DNA of 64,000 bases from Ascoidea asiatica JCM 7603 (GCA_001600695.1 BCKQ01000005.1:717543-781542), one strand, 5' to 3'; positions 32,470 to 45,031 are shown, counted from the first letter of the stretch. The notes: a model not told the origin generated them from the letters alone. Made by a program: numbers and translations.

Positions 32470-33550
32470 TTATTGGTCGACTTCTCCAGCACTTTCCCAA
32501 GTACCAGTTAAATTTTCTTTCCATACAGTTACTTTGCTATCTGCACTAGAAACAGCTAAGACATTACCAGAAAAAGACCAACTAACTTTCCAGCATATGT
32601 CAGGAAATTTATCTTCTGTCAATAAGGTTTTAATCCAAGGACCTTGATTATTTTCTTGGGTCCAAACAATTACAGTTTTATCTTGAGAGGCTGAAGCAAT
32701 ATATGATTTTATTAATGATGATGGAGACCATGCTACGTCTCTAATCCAATCTTTATGACCTTCAAGTGATGCTTCCAAATCATAGGCCTTAGAGTTTTCA
32801 TTATAAGCCCAAACTTTTACAAGATTATCACATCCTCCAGTTACAAATCTTCTTATTTGACTAGATGGTGTACCTCCTGGAGATGTAACATCTGAACCAG
32901 AAAAAGAAACAGGCGCCCAGGAGGCAGAATTAACCCCTGATTTATGAGCTTCAAATGCGGTATGGCTGATTGTTCCATCTTCTTTGAATTGAACTATAGA
33001 AACTTGTCCATCAGAAGATGCACATAATAATAAAGCACCATATTCATGAGGAGCCCAAGAAATGCTATTTACAGAAGCCTTGTGTACAGTGTGCTTAGCA
33101 ATACAACTCCATTTATTACCATCTTCTCTCCAAATTAAAACTTTTCCATCATATGAACATGAAGCAAGAATAACACCAAACTTAGGATGAGCCCAACTAA
33201 CTTGCCAAACAGGACCTTCATGAGCTCTCAATGTTTCTATTAATTTTTGATTATCTCCATCTACTTCGAATATTTTTATGGTTTTATCTGAAGAACATGT
33301 TGCTAAACGTTTTCCATAATAATCTAAAGATGCATCATGCTTTATAAAAAAAAAAATTATTTTAAAATTAGTATTTATCCAGTGATTTATATAAATCATT
33401 TCAAATAACTCCAATTTATTGTAATTCTATCATTTTTGAAAATTACTTACAATTATATCTTCGTGTGCGTTTGTTATTACAGTCTAAATTCTGGTTAGTA
33501 TTTTTCATAAATTGATAAATTTCCTTCCGCCCATAATTGTTACTTACCAT
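32470..33550 (-). CDS. SEC13: COPII/nucleoporin WD40 protein Sec13, 3 exons: 33550-33548, 33483-33451, 33339-32470
   Basis: Spliced start [30 protein letters not shown]. Introns are GTAAGT..TACTAAC..TAG and GTAAGT..TACTAAT..AAG. Confidence 0.97.
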
Positions 33551-34098
33551 TTCAAAAAGCTCTTTAACCAATTACAAATAATAACCCCCAATATTTTATT
33601 AGATTTTTCCAATTAATTATGAAAGGTTGTTTGAAATATAATTATTTTGATAGTTTAAAGACACGAATTAATTTGAAATTCAATTAAGATTTGAAGCTCT
33701 GAGCGGATGTTGAAGAAACTAATCTCAAGTCACGTTATCATGAATAACTTTGTTATTTACACTTTTAGGTCTTTATCGCTAAATTAATTAAAAGTGTCTA
33801 ACGGTCCTAGGATTGAGAAGATGGGATAAAACTATTCTATTTACACTCCGAATTAATAACTTACTTCAAAGCTACTAAATAAAATAAGCATATCTTTAGT
33901 TAATAATGTTGATAGCTCTTTCTTAAGACAATTGAAAGCTATTTACCAGAGGAAAAATAGAAGAAAATTAACATAAAAAATTTGTTAAAATTAACTAGAG
34001 AACAATTACATTTCTTTTCAAAAAAAAAGAGAAATAAAAAAAAAAAATGCTCTAAAATAGTTGTTTAGCTTAACTAATTTTCAAAAAAAATGAATAAA

Positions 34099-36880
34099 TT
34101 AAATAGGTAGGACCATAAAGTTAAATTGAAAGTCTGCCTGCATCCCTCCCATCCGTGGTTGAAGTTGAGGTGGCCTTATATTTCTATTTCCATCATTTGG
34201 GTTTTGACCTCGGCGTTCTCTTTCTCTTCTCATTCGTCGTTGAGCTATTACATGAAGCAAATAAACGATTGTCAATACCATAATAAAGAATCCAATTAAT
34301 ATCATATCATCGTAATCATCCAAACCTTCTTCCTCACTTGAAGTCTGTAGTTTTGGATCGCTACTTTCTGGAACAGTTTTTTTTGTTTCTATGTTTCCAA
34401 ATTCGGATCCTGTAAAACGAGCTCTGAATAGCATTTTTATACATTCAATCCAACCTTTTTTCTTAACTTCTTCAAAATCATTCTCATTCAAATAAAGATT
34501 AGAGTTATCTCCCTTAGAAAACTTCCCAATAAATCTATAGATATATGATTTGATATTGAGTTTAAATAAAGATAATTCAATTGCTATAGAAGCTTTTTTG
34601 TTTACTAATTCATAATATCTTTTAGCAAGGTGAAAATCTTTATGTACCCCAATACCGTTCTCATACATATAACCTAAATTCCAATTTGCCTGACTAGAAT
34701 GCTTATTTGAAGCAACCTGATAGCATGATGCAGCTCTTTTGAAGTTTTCTTGACTAAAATAATCTTCATAAGAGATTTTAGAGCTTTCAGTGACATTTAG
34801 ATCAATGGATTTTCTTAATAGATCATAATAATACATATCCCCTAATAAAACCGTCGAATCAATATTATATTGCCTAGATGATTTGGTAAGATAGTTGAGA
34901 GCAGCTAGTATACGCTCTTTAGTTTCCTTTGGGTGATTGTAAAGCTTTGTAGAAAGTCTGTATAAAATATAAGAAACAGATGCTTGAGCTACTTCAAATC
35001 CTTGCTCTGCATCCATAGAATACCCTATTAATGCTAAACCATGATTTCCACCTATTAATTGATGAAAGCTAAATTCAAGATGAGATGTGAATGGTTCTAA
35101 TTTCTCTAAAAATGCTTTATAAATCACAACATTATCATCGATAGAATCTTTATCATTGAAATTCCTTTCATATAATTGGCCTAGTAAATAAATTGATTCA
35201 ATTTTACCTGAATATGATGACTTTCTCACTAGCTCGAAAATGGAAGCTTCATTAATAGACTCCTTTTCTTTGGATAATACAATTCTATCTTCTTCTTCAG
35301 TTTTAACAATCTGATATAATGAATCCAAATATAAACGACCTAAATTTAAGCTTGCTCCATCATGAGATTTAGAAGCAGCTTTGAAATAATCAACTGCTTT
35401 CTTTAAATCAGGTTTTTCCAAGCCTAATCCAAAATTATATATAAGACCAAGGTCATTTAAAACTTCTCCAAAATTAACTAGTTCTCTAGATTTGTTTAAC
35501 CAATTGAATGCCTCGGTAAAATTTTGATCAACTCCTTCACCGCGTAAATACATATGACCAACATTAAACATACACTTTCCAATAAAGTGAAGTTCCAATG
35601 ATTTTTCACTTGACATTCGTTTTTTCATTTTTTCCTTTTCATCCCTTGATAAATTGAAACGTTCCATATTACTCCTAAAACCTTCATAGGAACACTCATA
35701 GGCATATCTAAAAGCATCATCAAAATTTCTTTCATTCAAATAATCGCCTTCATAGGCAGTCTTTGAGCTATAATAATAATGTATATATTTATGCCTACTT
35801 GGATCAATATTAAATTCATTTAGTAAATTTTTGTTATAAACATTTGAAACTTTTCTATTAATTGAAGAAGGAAGTTCATATGCTCCATTTGCATTAAGAT
35901 AATTACTATCACCCAGTTTAGAAACGGAAGAAAATTTATTAAAATCGGCAACTCGAAGGGAAAAACTCTCTATGTTAACTCCGCCAATTGAAGTATATGG
36001 CTCGACATATTTTTGGAAAGCAATTTTTGATGCCAATGAATAGTAATATAATGCAGTATTTGAATTTTGTTCCACACTAATTCCCATAAAATACCTATAT
36101 CCCATTACCATAAGAGATTTAATATCTCCAAATTCAAGTCCCGCAACGTTAAAATATAAATTTGCTTTGGCTTGATTAATTGATAATTCTCCAAAAATTC
36201 CAGTACTATACATGTAACCTAACATATAATAAGCATTTGCATTTGGATTTATCTCTATTAATTTTTTATAATATTTTAAAGAATTAGTATAATTTACTGG
36301 GAAAGAATAATTTCCATAAAAATTTATTTCTGCCAAAGTTTGTAAACTTTTGGGATTGTTTAATTTAGCAGATTCTACAAGTAAATCGTTCACTTTTTTT
36401 TGATTATCTGTAAAAAAGTAATGGCTTGAACCTAGTTTTGATAATTCCCGGGGAGGTATATCTATTATGATATTCTCAACTTGCCCATATAAATGCAAAT
36501 TTCTTCTCTTTAGTTCTATGTTTGGCCATTGAGGATTATCCTTAAATCCTATCGAAGAAAATTTATCACCCTTCAATATTTGAATAGCTTGATTATATAA
36601 TTGCTGAGAATAATTTGCAGTATTGATATCAAGATTTAAGTTCCCTTGTTCGGAAAAAAAATATTGGGATTTCGTATCTAAAGCATCTTGAAGAAAGTTT
36701 TGATTTTTCAATTCCTGAAAGCACTGAGTGATATTTATAAAAGTTAAAAAAAATGGAACTAGAAGGAAAAAAAGAAAAATTAGTTAGTTGATTTGACCTT
36801 TAAATAATAATAACCAATCGGTCAAGTGAATGAATTGTAAATAAGAACATACTGTGCTTGAAAAAATTATAAAAATGCAT
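34099..36880 (-). CDS. HRD3: ERAD Sel1-repeat membrane protein, 2 exons: 36880-36853, 36758-34099
   Basis: Sel1-like repeats (MYLRGEGV.QNF..AF.W, AEQGFEVAQ, WNLGYMYENGIGV.KDFHLAKRYY) and a C-terminal TM. Intron GTATGT..AACTAAC..TAG restores a signal peptide MHFYNFFKHIPFFLTFINITQC. Adjacent to SEC13. Confidence 0.93.
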
Positions 36881-37453
36881 TGGATAACTCTAAGACTTTG
36901 TTCTGATAACTTATTTTATGAGCAAAGAAAGGTGCTTTCTAATTCTAGATTGGTTCTATTAAAAGTCTTATTCGACAGAAAGAAAATACAAATAATCCAT
37001 GAAAATATGAATAAAAAATACAAATACTTTTATTAATGAAAACTAATTATCTAAACCAGATTTATGATAAAATAACAATATCAACTAGCTGCAGCTAGAT
37101 AATACTCGAGTAACTTTACATTTTTATTAACACCTTGGCCGATTATCCGATTAAAATAATGGCTAACCAAAACTTTTGACGATTCCGTTGAAGTTATCAA
37201 TGGTTTCTTGAAGGCCTAGAATATTGCGCAGTATCTTGTGCACGGTACGAGAAAAATAGCGTGAACTCGTAACGGTTACTTGTTGAGCCAACGCAATACT
37301 GCACTGTGGAGGTCAAATATTACGTAACGTTGTTGGTGTACGGAGTGGAGGTTAATAAAATATTCATAATATTTACGATATTTTTTTGACATTCAAAATA
37401 AGTTTATAAGTTAATGCAATGACCGTTCAAATGAAATTCAATATTCATTTAAA

Positions 37454-38542
37454 TCAAAGTTCATTTACAGTAGACTTGATAAGAATCTGAACATCTTTTG
37501 CAGCTTCATCGGCAGTTTCTAAAACCTCTTTATGACTTGCTTTTCCAGCATCTATGGAAATAGGATTTTCATCAAAAGCACTAGCTGGCTTATCACTGAC
37601 ACCAGAGTTGGTAATCAAACTTAAGGCTAATACTTTCATTCCACAGTGTCTTGCAATTATAATTTCAGGAACTGTACTCATTCCAACAGCATCACAACCT
37701 GATGTTCTTAAAAATCTCACTTCAGCTCTTGATTCAAAAGTGGGTCCGGAAACAAAAGCATAAACACCTTCATGGATTGATCTTTTGATATTATTTTTTA
37801 TAACTTGTTGGAAAAAAAGTTTTCTTAAGGATAGATCATAAGCATCAGAAAGAGGAACAAACCTTGGGCCAAATTCTTCTAAATTAGGACCTCTAAGTGG
37901 ATGATAACCACTTAATCCTGGGAAATTTATATGATCATTTATGATCATTAAATCACCAGGAACGTAAGAAGAGTTGACCCCACCAGCTGCATTTGTAACA
38001 ATCATTGAAGATACACCCAACAAACGAGCAACTCTTATAGGAAATGTAGCTTCTGAAAGTTCATATCCTTCATAAAAACTTTATTTTTTCATTTACCTAC
38101 TGTCAGTACTAAATAATTACCTTAATTATTAGAATTAATTTGAAAAGAAAATAAGAAAACTTACTGTAATCTCCCAACCATGCACATTACAGGAACTTTA
38201 TTTTCACCTATAAGACCAAAAAGTAATTTACCATTATGTCCAGGGACTTAATATAGTAAAAAAAAAAAAGTAAAAAAAATATTATGTTAAAACCAAAATG
38301 ATTTATTGACCAAGTTTAAGTAAGATAAAGTGAATATTTTACATACCAGTTGACGTCTTGAATCCAGGAATATCAGCATAAGAAATCTCAGAAGAAATTT
38401 CTTTATCAATGATATCAGCAATTCCTCCCAATCCAGAACCACAAATAATAAGGACTTTTGGATTTTGGAGTTCCAAAGGTAATATCGATGATAATTTCGA
38501 TTTGGCATTAGTCAAAGATTCTAAATAATTAGAAGAAATCAT
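37454..38542 (-). CDS. PNP1: Purine nucleoside phosphorylase, 3 exons: 38542-38347, 38246-38165, 38078-37454
   Basis: IICGSGLG, STV/PGHNGKL, MVGRLH/FYEG, TNAAGG, GPTFES.AE, VGMSTVPE. Both introns end in AAG. Confidence 0.96.
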
Positions 38543-39295
38543 TGTAAAATGAAAATTATTAAATGAAAACGATGCAAAATTATTAGCTTTTTGTTCATTT
38601 ATTGAAAAGATTGTATTCTTTTCATTCTAAATCTGTCAGAAATTCGACAAGAGATAAGAAAAATAAATAATAATAGATGGTAAAATAAATGTGTGGTCAA
38701 GCTTTGATTGAAATGCACGAAGAAGTATTCCGATAGCACTTCCAAGAAGTCGGTCTCCAATTTGGTTTTTTGGATAAATATTGATTACGTAAATACTTTA
38801 ATGATGGGAAATTTTTATTTGCTGTTGGAATCAAGTCAATTATTTTTTAATCAAAATGTAACAAGTTTATGGAAATATTTCAATCACTTAGGTAAGTACT
38901 CTAGAAAAACAAGATTTTATTGACTTTTAGATATTAAAATCGACCGATAAATTCCAAACAAGAATCTATTTCTTTTACAAAAATATCTGAACTTAAAATT
39001 GTAAAAACCCAAACTTTCAAAAAGATCAAAAAAAAATGATATAAACAACCATAAATATAATTTTAAATGAAAATGAAATAAAAATTCTAAAGATATAACT
39101 TGAGATATTTAGATGTTTAATCAACGCATTCAACAAAAAAATCTGTAAGCTTTTAGACTATACGTAGAAATGAACTTGATATAATCTAGGTAGAACAATG
39201 CTCTAACTCGAACCCAAAAAGAAAATAAGATAACTGAAGTAAAAAACAATCAGATTGAATAATTCAAATTATCTAATTTTCGAAGTCCCCAAATC

Positions 39296-39547
39296 TAGGG
39301 CTTTAATATGTATCGTGATTATAGCTGTACTGTGACTGTTTTTTCTATAATTGAAAAAGTTTGAAGAGCGATAAGGATGCTTGAGTGATTACCATTACGT
39401 TATGAGCACCTAAATATAGACATCACCTAGGGCTCTCCTGTGCTTGGAACTCTTGAACGCCAGTTGTTCAGTCCGCTCCCAGTGCTTGGGGATATAACAA
39501 CCCAAGAAGGTTTCATGGAAAGGATTATTCCACTTAAACAGGGTTAG
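39296..39547. promoter_or_regulatory. Tbf1-like sites in the RPS24 promoter
   Basis: TAGGGCT 39296-39302 and 39428-39434, AGGGTTAG 39540-39547. Confidence 0.55.
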
Positions 39548-39698
39548 CAGTTTTTCATTATTACATAGTTCTATCGTCCTAATGTTAGCAGGAAATTGAA
39601 CTTGTTTAATTGATATATTAATTTTTGAAATATAATAAATTCAACTATTTATTTTCAACAGAATCAAATAGAAAACAGTAAGAATTAGCTAAGTCAAA

Positions 39699-40680
39699 AT
39701 GGTAAGTGAGAATACCAATAAATTAATCTAATTCAAATAAAATATGTTTATTCTAAAATGGCTAGTCAAATCGAGAACTTTATTAAAGATGGAAAGAAAT
39801 ACATTAAAATCCAATTCAGATATTAGGAAAGTAAAAAAAAAATTGTCCAATATTGATACTCAATGAGAAACCTTCAAAATGAATATATCTATTTTATCAT
39901 TTACAGGAAATTAGAAATTAAAAGGACTTTAAGATGAGAATACTGAGAAAATGGAGTTTGGATATTTTAAGTAATACAATTGAAATACTTATAAATGATA
40001 TTATTGCATTTACGTAAGAAAAAAAAATTAAATTTTTGTTTCAAAATCTTTATTGTTAATCTATTAGAGGCTTCAGATTAAAGGTATATTTTTAAATAAA
40101 ATATAAATGAAATATTTCAATTCTTCTTCTCCAAAATATTTTTTAAAGAAATTAATAATATCAATACTTCTACTCGTACAATAAACCAATGATTTATTTG
40201 GAAAAGGCTCATTTTTATTTTTTTTTCTTTCATTCAATTAAGTTATTAATTACTAACGTTTATATTATATTATAGAGTGAAGCAGTTACAATCAGAACAA
40301 GAAAAGTTATTTCTAATCCATTATTAGCTAGACGTCAATTTGTTATTGATGTTTTACATCCAAATCGTCCAAATGTTTCAAAAGATGAATTACGTGAAAA
40401 ATTAGCTGCTACATACAAAGCTTCAAAAGATGCTGTTTCTGTTTTCGGTTTTAGAACTCAATATGGTGGAGGAAAATCTACTGGTTTCGGTTTAGTCTAT
40501 AATTCAGTTGCTGATGCCAAAAAATTTGAACCAGCTTATAGATTAGTAAGATATGGTTTAGCTACAAAAGTTGAAAAACCTTCAAGACAACAAAGAAAAC
40601 AAAGAAAGAATAGAGGTAAGAAAATCTTTGGTACTGAACAAAAACATGCCAAAAAAGTTGCTAAACGTCAACAAGATTAG
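39699..40680 (+). CDS. RPS24: 40S ribosomal protein eS24, 2 exons: 39699-39701, 40276-40680
   Basis: Not in the ORF track. [48 protein letters not shown]...; strong codon bias. Confidence 0.98.
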
Positions 40681-41132
40681 ATTTGATATCTGTCATATAA
40701 TTTTTTTCAAAAATTGGCTTAAATTAATAAACATGTATCGTATGTATTATATCTACTTGTAGCTCTTATTCTTATTTTGTAGAACAATAATTTACCCTAT
40801 ATGTAGCGTATAAGTCAATTAGATTATCTTTTATCATTGAGAAATTGTTTTGTGGAATTGCTTGATTTTACATTATTTTGAACGGGCACCAAATTTAGTT
40901 GGTTCTACCGCCTGTAAAGATGATTGTAACTTCAGAAGACAATTTCCTAATAGTAATTGGGTAAGTTGCTCTTAAAGCATAATATTTTTGCTTATCATAC
41001 TGTTCAATAACGATCAGAACATCTTTATTTACAATAAAAGAAAAATATAACTGCATTTCGAAATCGAGCTTTTGATTGAAATGATTTTTGATTTGATTTG
41101 AACACAATAAAAAAAGTATCCAAAAATTCTCA

Positions 41133-42044
41133 ATGGAAGTTGTTACCTGCGTTATCGCTGCTGTTTTTGGGTCTATTGCTTTATTTAAAGGTGTAAATGA
41201 ATCAATAAAATTTGCTAAAGTAAAAAGGATTGAATTCAAAGGTAATTTCAAAAAAGATATACTAGAAACAAAGCAATATAGTCAGAAAGGTATTAAAACA
41301 TACTTTTTTAAAAAGGAGAAAGAATATAATGAAGGAAGTTGTTATTACTATAGAAATGTTATAAATATATGGGATGTATCAAATAATCAAATTCCTAAAG
41401 TTAAATATAAGATTGTACCAAATGGAGGTATTAAAAAAAAAAACTGGATCTTAGTTAGAAACAACGATAACAATATACATAACTCAAAAGAAATATGTGA
41501 AATATATTTAGGATGCGAGGTCATCATGAAGCTTCCTAAAATACTTTATAAAAGAGTAGATAATGTAGAAGTTCAAACTTTTGATAATAATCATCAGTCC
41601 GAACTAAATAGTAAACTTTTTTTTGATTGTAAAGAAATAGGATACGAAAGAAGAATTCAATGTGATATCAATCTAAAATATCAAATAACAAAAAGGATGG
41701 TTGATTTTTCCATAAATAATGAGGAAAATAAATCGAAAAAAGAAGGAACTATCAAATATTATTGGATAAATCACAATAAAATAGGATACCTTCAAAGAAT
41801 TAAAACTGCTGACAATACTTATGAAGAGGTGTATGAAAGAATAGCTGTTGTTGAAAGTCATGATGAATCTAAAATTGATTATAAAATTAGATTATTTGAT
41901 AATGCTTGTGATGAATCTGTAATCTTAGCCAGTTGTTTTATTCAAATTATGAATGCATGGGATAAAAGAAAAATGTTATCAGCAGCTATTCAGAAAAAAA
42001 AGAATACTTTTTTAAGAAAATTAGTAAAGAATTTCAGATCATGA
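41133..42044 (+). CDS. Uncharacterised 303-aa protein with N-terminal hydrophobic anchor, possibly a tubby-C/LURP-like beta barrel
   Basis: ATG-initiated 303-codon ORF in very AT-rich DNA; beta-strand-like middle, YYW, ERIAVV and a terminal hydrophobic helix (DESVILASCFIQIMNAW). Confidence 0.75.
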   Translation: MEVVTCVIAAVFGSIALFKGVNESIKFAKVKRIEFKGNFKKDILETKQYSQKGIKTYFFKKEKEYNEGSCYYYRNVINIWDVSNNQIPKVKYKIVPNGGIKKKNWILVRNNDNNIHNSKEICEIYLGCEVIMKLPKILYKRVDNVEVQTFDNNHQSELNSKLFFDCKEIGYERRIQCDINLKYQITKRMVDFSINNEENKSKKEGTIKYYWINHNKIGYLQRIKTADNTYEEVYERIAVVESHDESKIDYKIRLFDNACDESVILASCFIQIMNAWDKRKMLSAAIQKKKNTFLRKLVKNFRS

Positions 42045-42235
42045 AAAAAAATTGAGCTTTAACGAATATTTTTCCTTTAAGATACAAAATTTCAAACTAT
42101 TTTTGAATTCGGTCTTCAAATTGCCATTCCTATTTTTGAAAATCTAGAATTTGGTTATTCAGTATTAAAACAATAGAGACAAATTATTGAGTCCTAAATA
42201 TTTACTACCAATAAACAAGAAAGTCAGGCCAATAT

Positions 42236-42469
42236 AAGGGCTTTAAAAAATGTATGTATAATATATATAGGTCACACTATATTAGATAGGGCTATTATAT
42301 TAATGTTTGCATTTAGTGCTCAGTACAACTGTAGTAAGCTCATAACCCATTTTTATAAATTGTAATCTCAATTAATCGTGAGACATGTGATGTATATTAC
42401 CTTCTGGAAAAACCAAAATTTGAAAAACGAAGGGCTTATCCATGTGACCTGTTTTACCTGGTAAAGCCC
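42236..42469. promoter_or_regulatory. Tbf1-like and Cbf1-like sites in the RPS13 promoter
   Basis: AAGGGCT 42236-42242, TAGGGCTA 42287-42294, AAGGGCT 42430-42436; CATGTGA at about 42384 and 42442. Confidence 0.55.
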
Positions 42470-42637
42470 AACCTCCATTATAATGCCTTGTCTGTTCGTA
42501 TGCCTTGATTACAGAGCGAGAATCGAGCATTGCAATATTTGTAAAATCAATATATCAAATTTCAATATTAAACAACAAGCTAATTAAGATTAATTTGGAA
42601 AAGAATTAGAAAATAATAATAAAATAAATATATCAAA

Positions 42638-43672
42638 ATGGGTCGTATGCACAGTTCCGTATGTGATTAAGAAAGATTTTTCATTAGATTGTTAATATAG
42701 GTAGAAAAAGAACAAACTAAAGAAGATTCGTAATAATATTCAGTGAAATGAAAAATCAGGGAAATATTTAACAAACTGTCAATAATATAAGAATTGAGAA
42801 TATTGAAAAGTGAAAAGTTTGCACTAATAGAGATATGGCAGAAGAAATAAAAGAAAAAAGGAGAATCAACTCAAAAATTTGAATTGTAGATTTTCAAAGA
42901 TTGAAAGTAAAAATTATTTTTCAATAATTTGACTTTGAGTCTATTAAATTCGCTTTTTTCATATATTTTTTATGATTTATTTCAAAAGAAATTTTGGGAT
43001 GGCAGTTTGAAAATTGGTTTGATAAATTTAAAATTTTTACGTCTGTTCTAAAAACCTCAAAATCTTAAGATTTATTTTCTCAATGATATCAGTAATAAAC
43101 GGAAATAGATCAATCTGGTCTTATTTTCAAGGTCTATTATTTATTTATTTTCTACCTATAAAAATATTTGATCTATCTATGATATCCTAATTTTATGAAT
43201 TTTCAAAAATACTAACTAACTTTTTCAATTTTTATAGGGTAAAGGTATTTCATCCTCAGCCATTCCTTACTCAAGAAATGCACCATCATGGTTCAAATTA
43301 TCTTCTGATTCAGTTGTTGAACAAATTATCAAATACGCCAGAAAAGGTTTAACTCCTTCCCAAATTGGTGTTATTTTAAGAGATGCTCATGGTGTTTCTC
43401 AAACCAAAGTTATCACTGGTAACAAAGTTTTAAGAATTTTGAAATCAAATGGTTTAGCTCCAGAAATTCCAGAAGATTTATATTATTTAATCAAAAAAGC
43501 CGTTTCTGTTAGAAAACATTTAGACAGGAATAGAAAAGATAAAGATTCAAAATTCAGATTAATTTTAATTGAATCAAGAATTCACAGATTAGCTCGTTAT
43601 TACAGAACTGTCTCTGTTTTACCACCAAATTGGAAATATGAATCAGCTACTGCTTCTGCTTTAGTTAATTAA
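42638..43672 (+). CDS. RPS13: 40S ribosomal protein uS15 (S13), 2 exons: 42638-42658, 43238-43672
   Basis: [20 protein letters not shown]...[21 protein letters not shown]; intron GTATGT..TACTAAC..TAG. Confidence 0.98.
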
Positions 43673-44149
43673 ATGAAGTTTATTTTCTTGATTTTTATAT
43701 AATTATAATGTAATAAATTCTTATTGTCTCCATAAAAAGCTTCTATAAAAAATTTTGAAGACAAAAAACTAATCTTTTTCTTGTCTTAAACTTGTTAACT
43801 CTTTCTGATACGAACAAAAATTAGTAAAATTTTTTGTTATGTATCAATGTTTTAAAATTTTTTAGATATGATTTAAATGTTTTCAAAAAAAAATCTAATT
43901 TATTCACAAACTTTTATTTTCCATTTCAAGTTAATGTAGACAAAATCTCAATTTCTCAGTGTACTGCGGAATCATCTTTTAGCAAAATTGAGAAGTATTT
44001 AATTGAATACTAAATAGAAAACTAAACTAGCAACCCATACCTTGTTATGCTACATCAAATAGTCAATCTATAAAAAATAAAAAGGTTCAAATATTTCAAA
44101 CATTGAGTTTATATTGAAATAATTTTTTCATCTAACTTTCCTAAAGAAT

Positions 44150-45031
44150 ATGAGTATTGAGATTTCTTCAAAGTATTTAATAGAAATTATAGAGAAATGG
44201 AATTTTACAAATAGTCCTTTAATCACTGGGGTAATGGGCCCTCAAGGTTCAGGAAAAACATATGTCACTTCTAATATTTGCAAACAATTATCAAAAAAAT
44301 ATGAAAATTTAAATATAGTTAGTATTTCAAGTGATGATTTTTATTTAACTCATGAAGAACAAAATAATTTGGAAAATTTACTTTTGAACAACAAGCTTAT
44401 CACTTCTGGAAGAGGATTACCAGGCACTCATGATCTTAAACTTTTAAATACTATATTCAATAATGTGTTAGAAAAAAAAATTGATTATGAAATTCCTACT
44501 TATGACAAATCAAAATTTAATGGGAAAGGCGACAGAACAGACAAGAAATATTGGTTAAAAATTCAGAAGAAGCCAATTGATATTCTTTTATTTGATGGTT
44601 GGTTTAATGGTTTCATGCCTATTGAACCTCAAAAAGATTTGAAAAAATTGTTTGAATCTTTTGATAAATCTACAATGATGAAACTGCTTTCTTTTGAAGA
44701 TGAGATAATACCAATAAATAATTACTTGAAAAAATATGTTCCAATATGGAATACTTTTAATCATTTTATTTTTTTTGATTCTTCAATACAAAATATATAT
44801 AATTGGAGGATAGAGCAAGAGCATAATTTAATAAAGGAGAAAGGTATTGGAATGACAGATAATGAAGTCATTAAATTTGTTGAAAGATATATTCCTGTTT
44901 ATTTGTTGTATTATGAAGACTTGAAAAAAAATGGGTTTTTCAGTTATGGAACTACAATTTCAAATCTACAGATTGAAATTGATCAGTCAAGAAAAGTGAT
45001 TGGTCATAAAATACTTCCAAGGGCTATTTGA
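44150..45031 (+). CDS. TDA10: P-loop kinase of the Tda10/glycerate-kinase-like family
   Basis: GPQGSGKT, S.DDFYLTH, GRGLPGTHD, P.YDKS.F.G.GDR, WR.EQEH, F..RY.P.Y. Confidence 0.9.
   Translation: MSIEISSKYLIEIIEKWNFTNSPLITGVMGPQGSGKTYVTSNICKQLSKKYENLNIVSISSDDFYLTHEEQNNLENLLLNNKLITSGRGLPGTHDLKLLNTIFNNVLEKKIDYEIPTYDKSKFNGKGDRTDKKYWLKIQKKPIDILLFDGWFNGFMPIEPQKDLKKLFESFDKSTMMKLLSFEDEIIPINNYLKKYVPIWNTFNHFIFFDSSIQNIYNWRIEQEHNLIKEKGIGMTDNEVIKFVERYIPVYLLYYEDLKKNGFFSYGTTISNLQIEIDQSRKVIGHKILPRAI

Noticed and set aside
32470-33414. ORF-track N-termini for SEC13, and likewise FAP7, QRI5, VTC1, RRN7, the DGAT1-like gene, PRM15 and HRD3
   Set aside because: They use TTG/GTG starts or read through introns; ATG starts or spliced models fit the homologues better.
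39205-39215. B-box-like GGGTTCGAGTT on the minus strand (tRNA or Pol III gene)
   Set aside because: No cloverleaf, acceptor stem or A-box at the proper spacing.
39539-39548. CTAACCCTG on the minus strand as a telomerase RNA template
   Set aside because: Better explained as a Tbf1-type site in the RPS24 promoter; no other telomerase RNA features are visible.
39702-40275. snoRNA or long stem in the RPS24 intron
   Set aside because: Only short AT-rich complementarities (e.g. AATTGAAATA/TATTTCAATT), and no convincing C/D or H/ACA boxes with guides.
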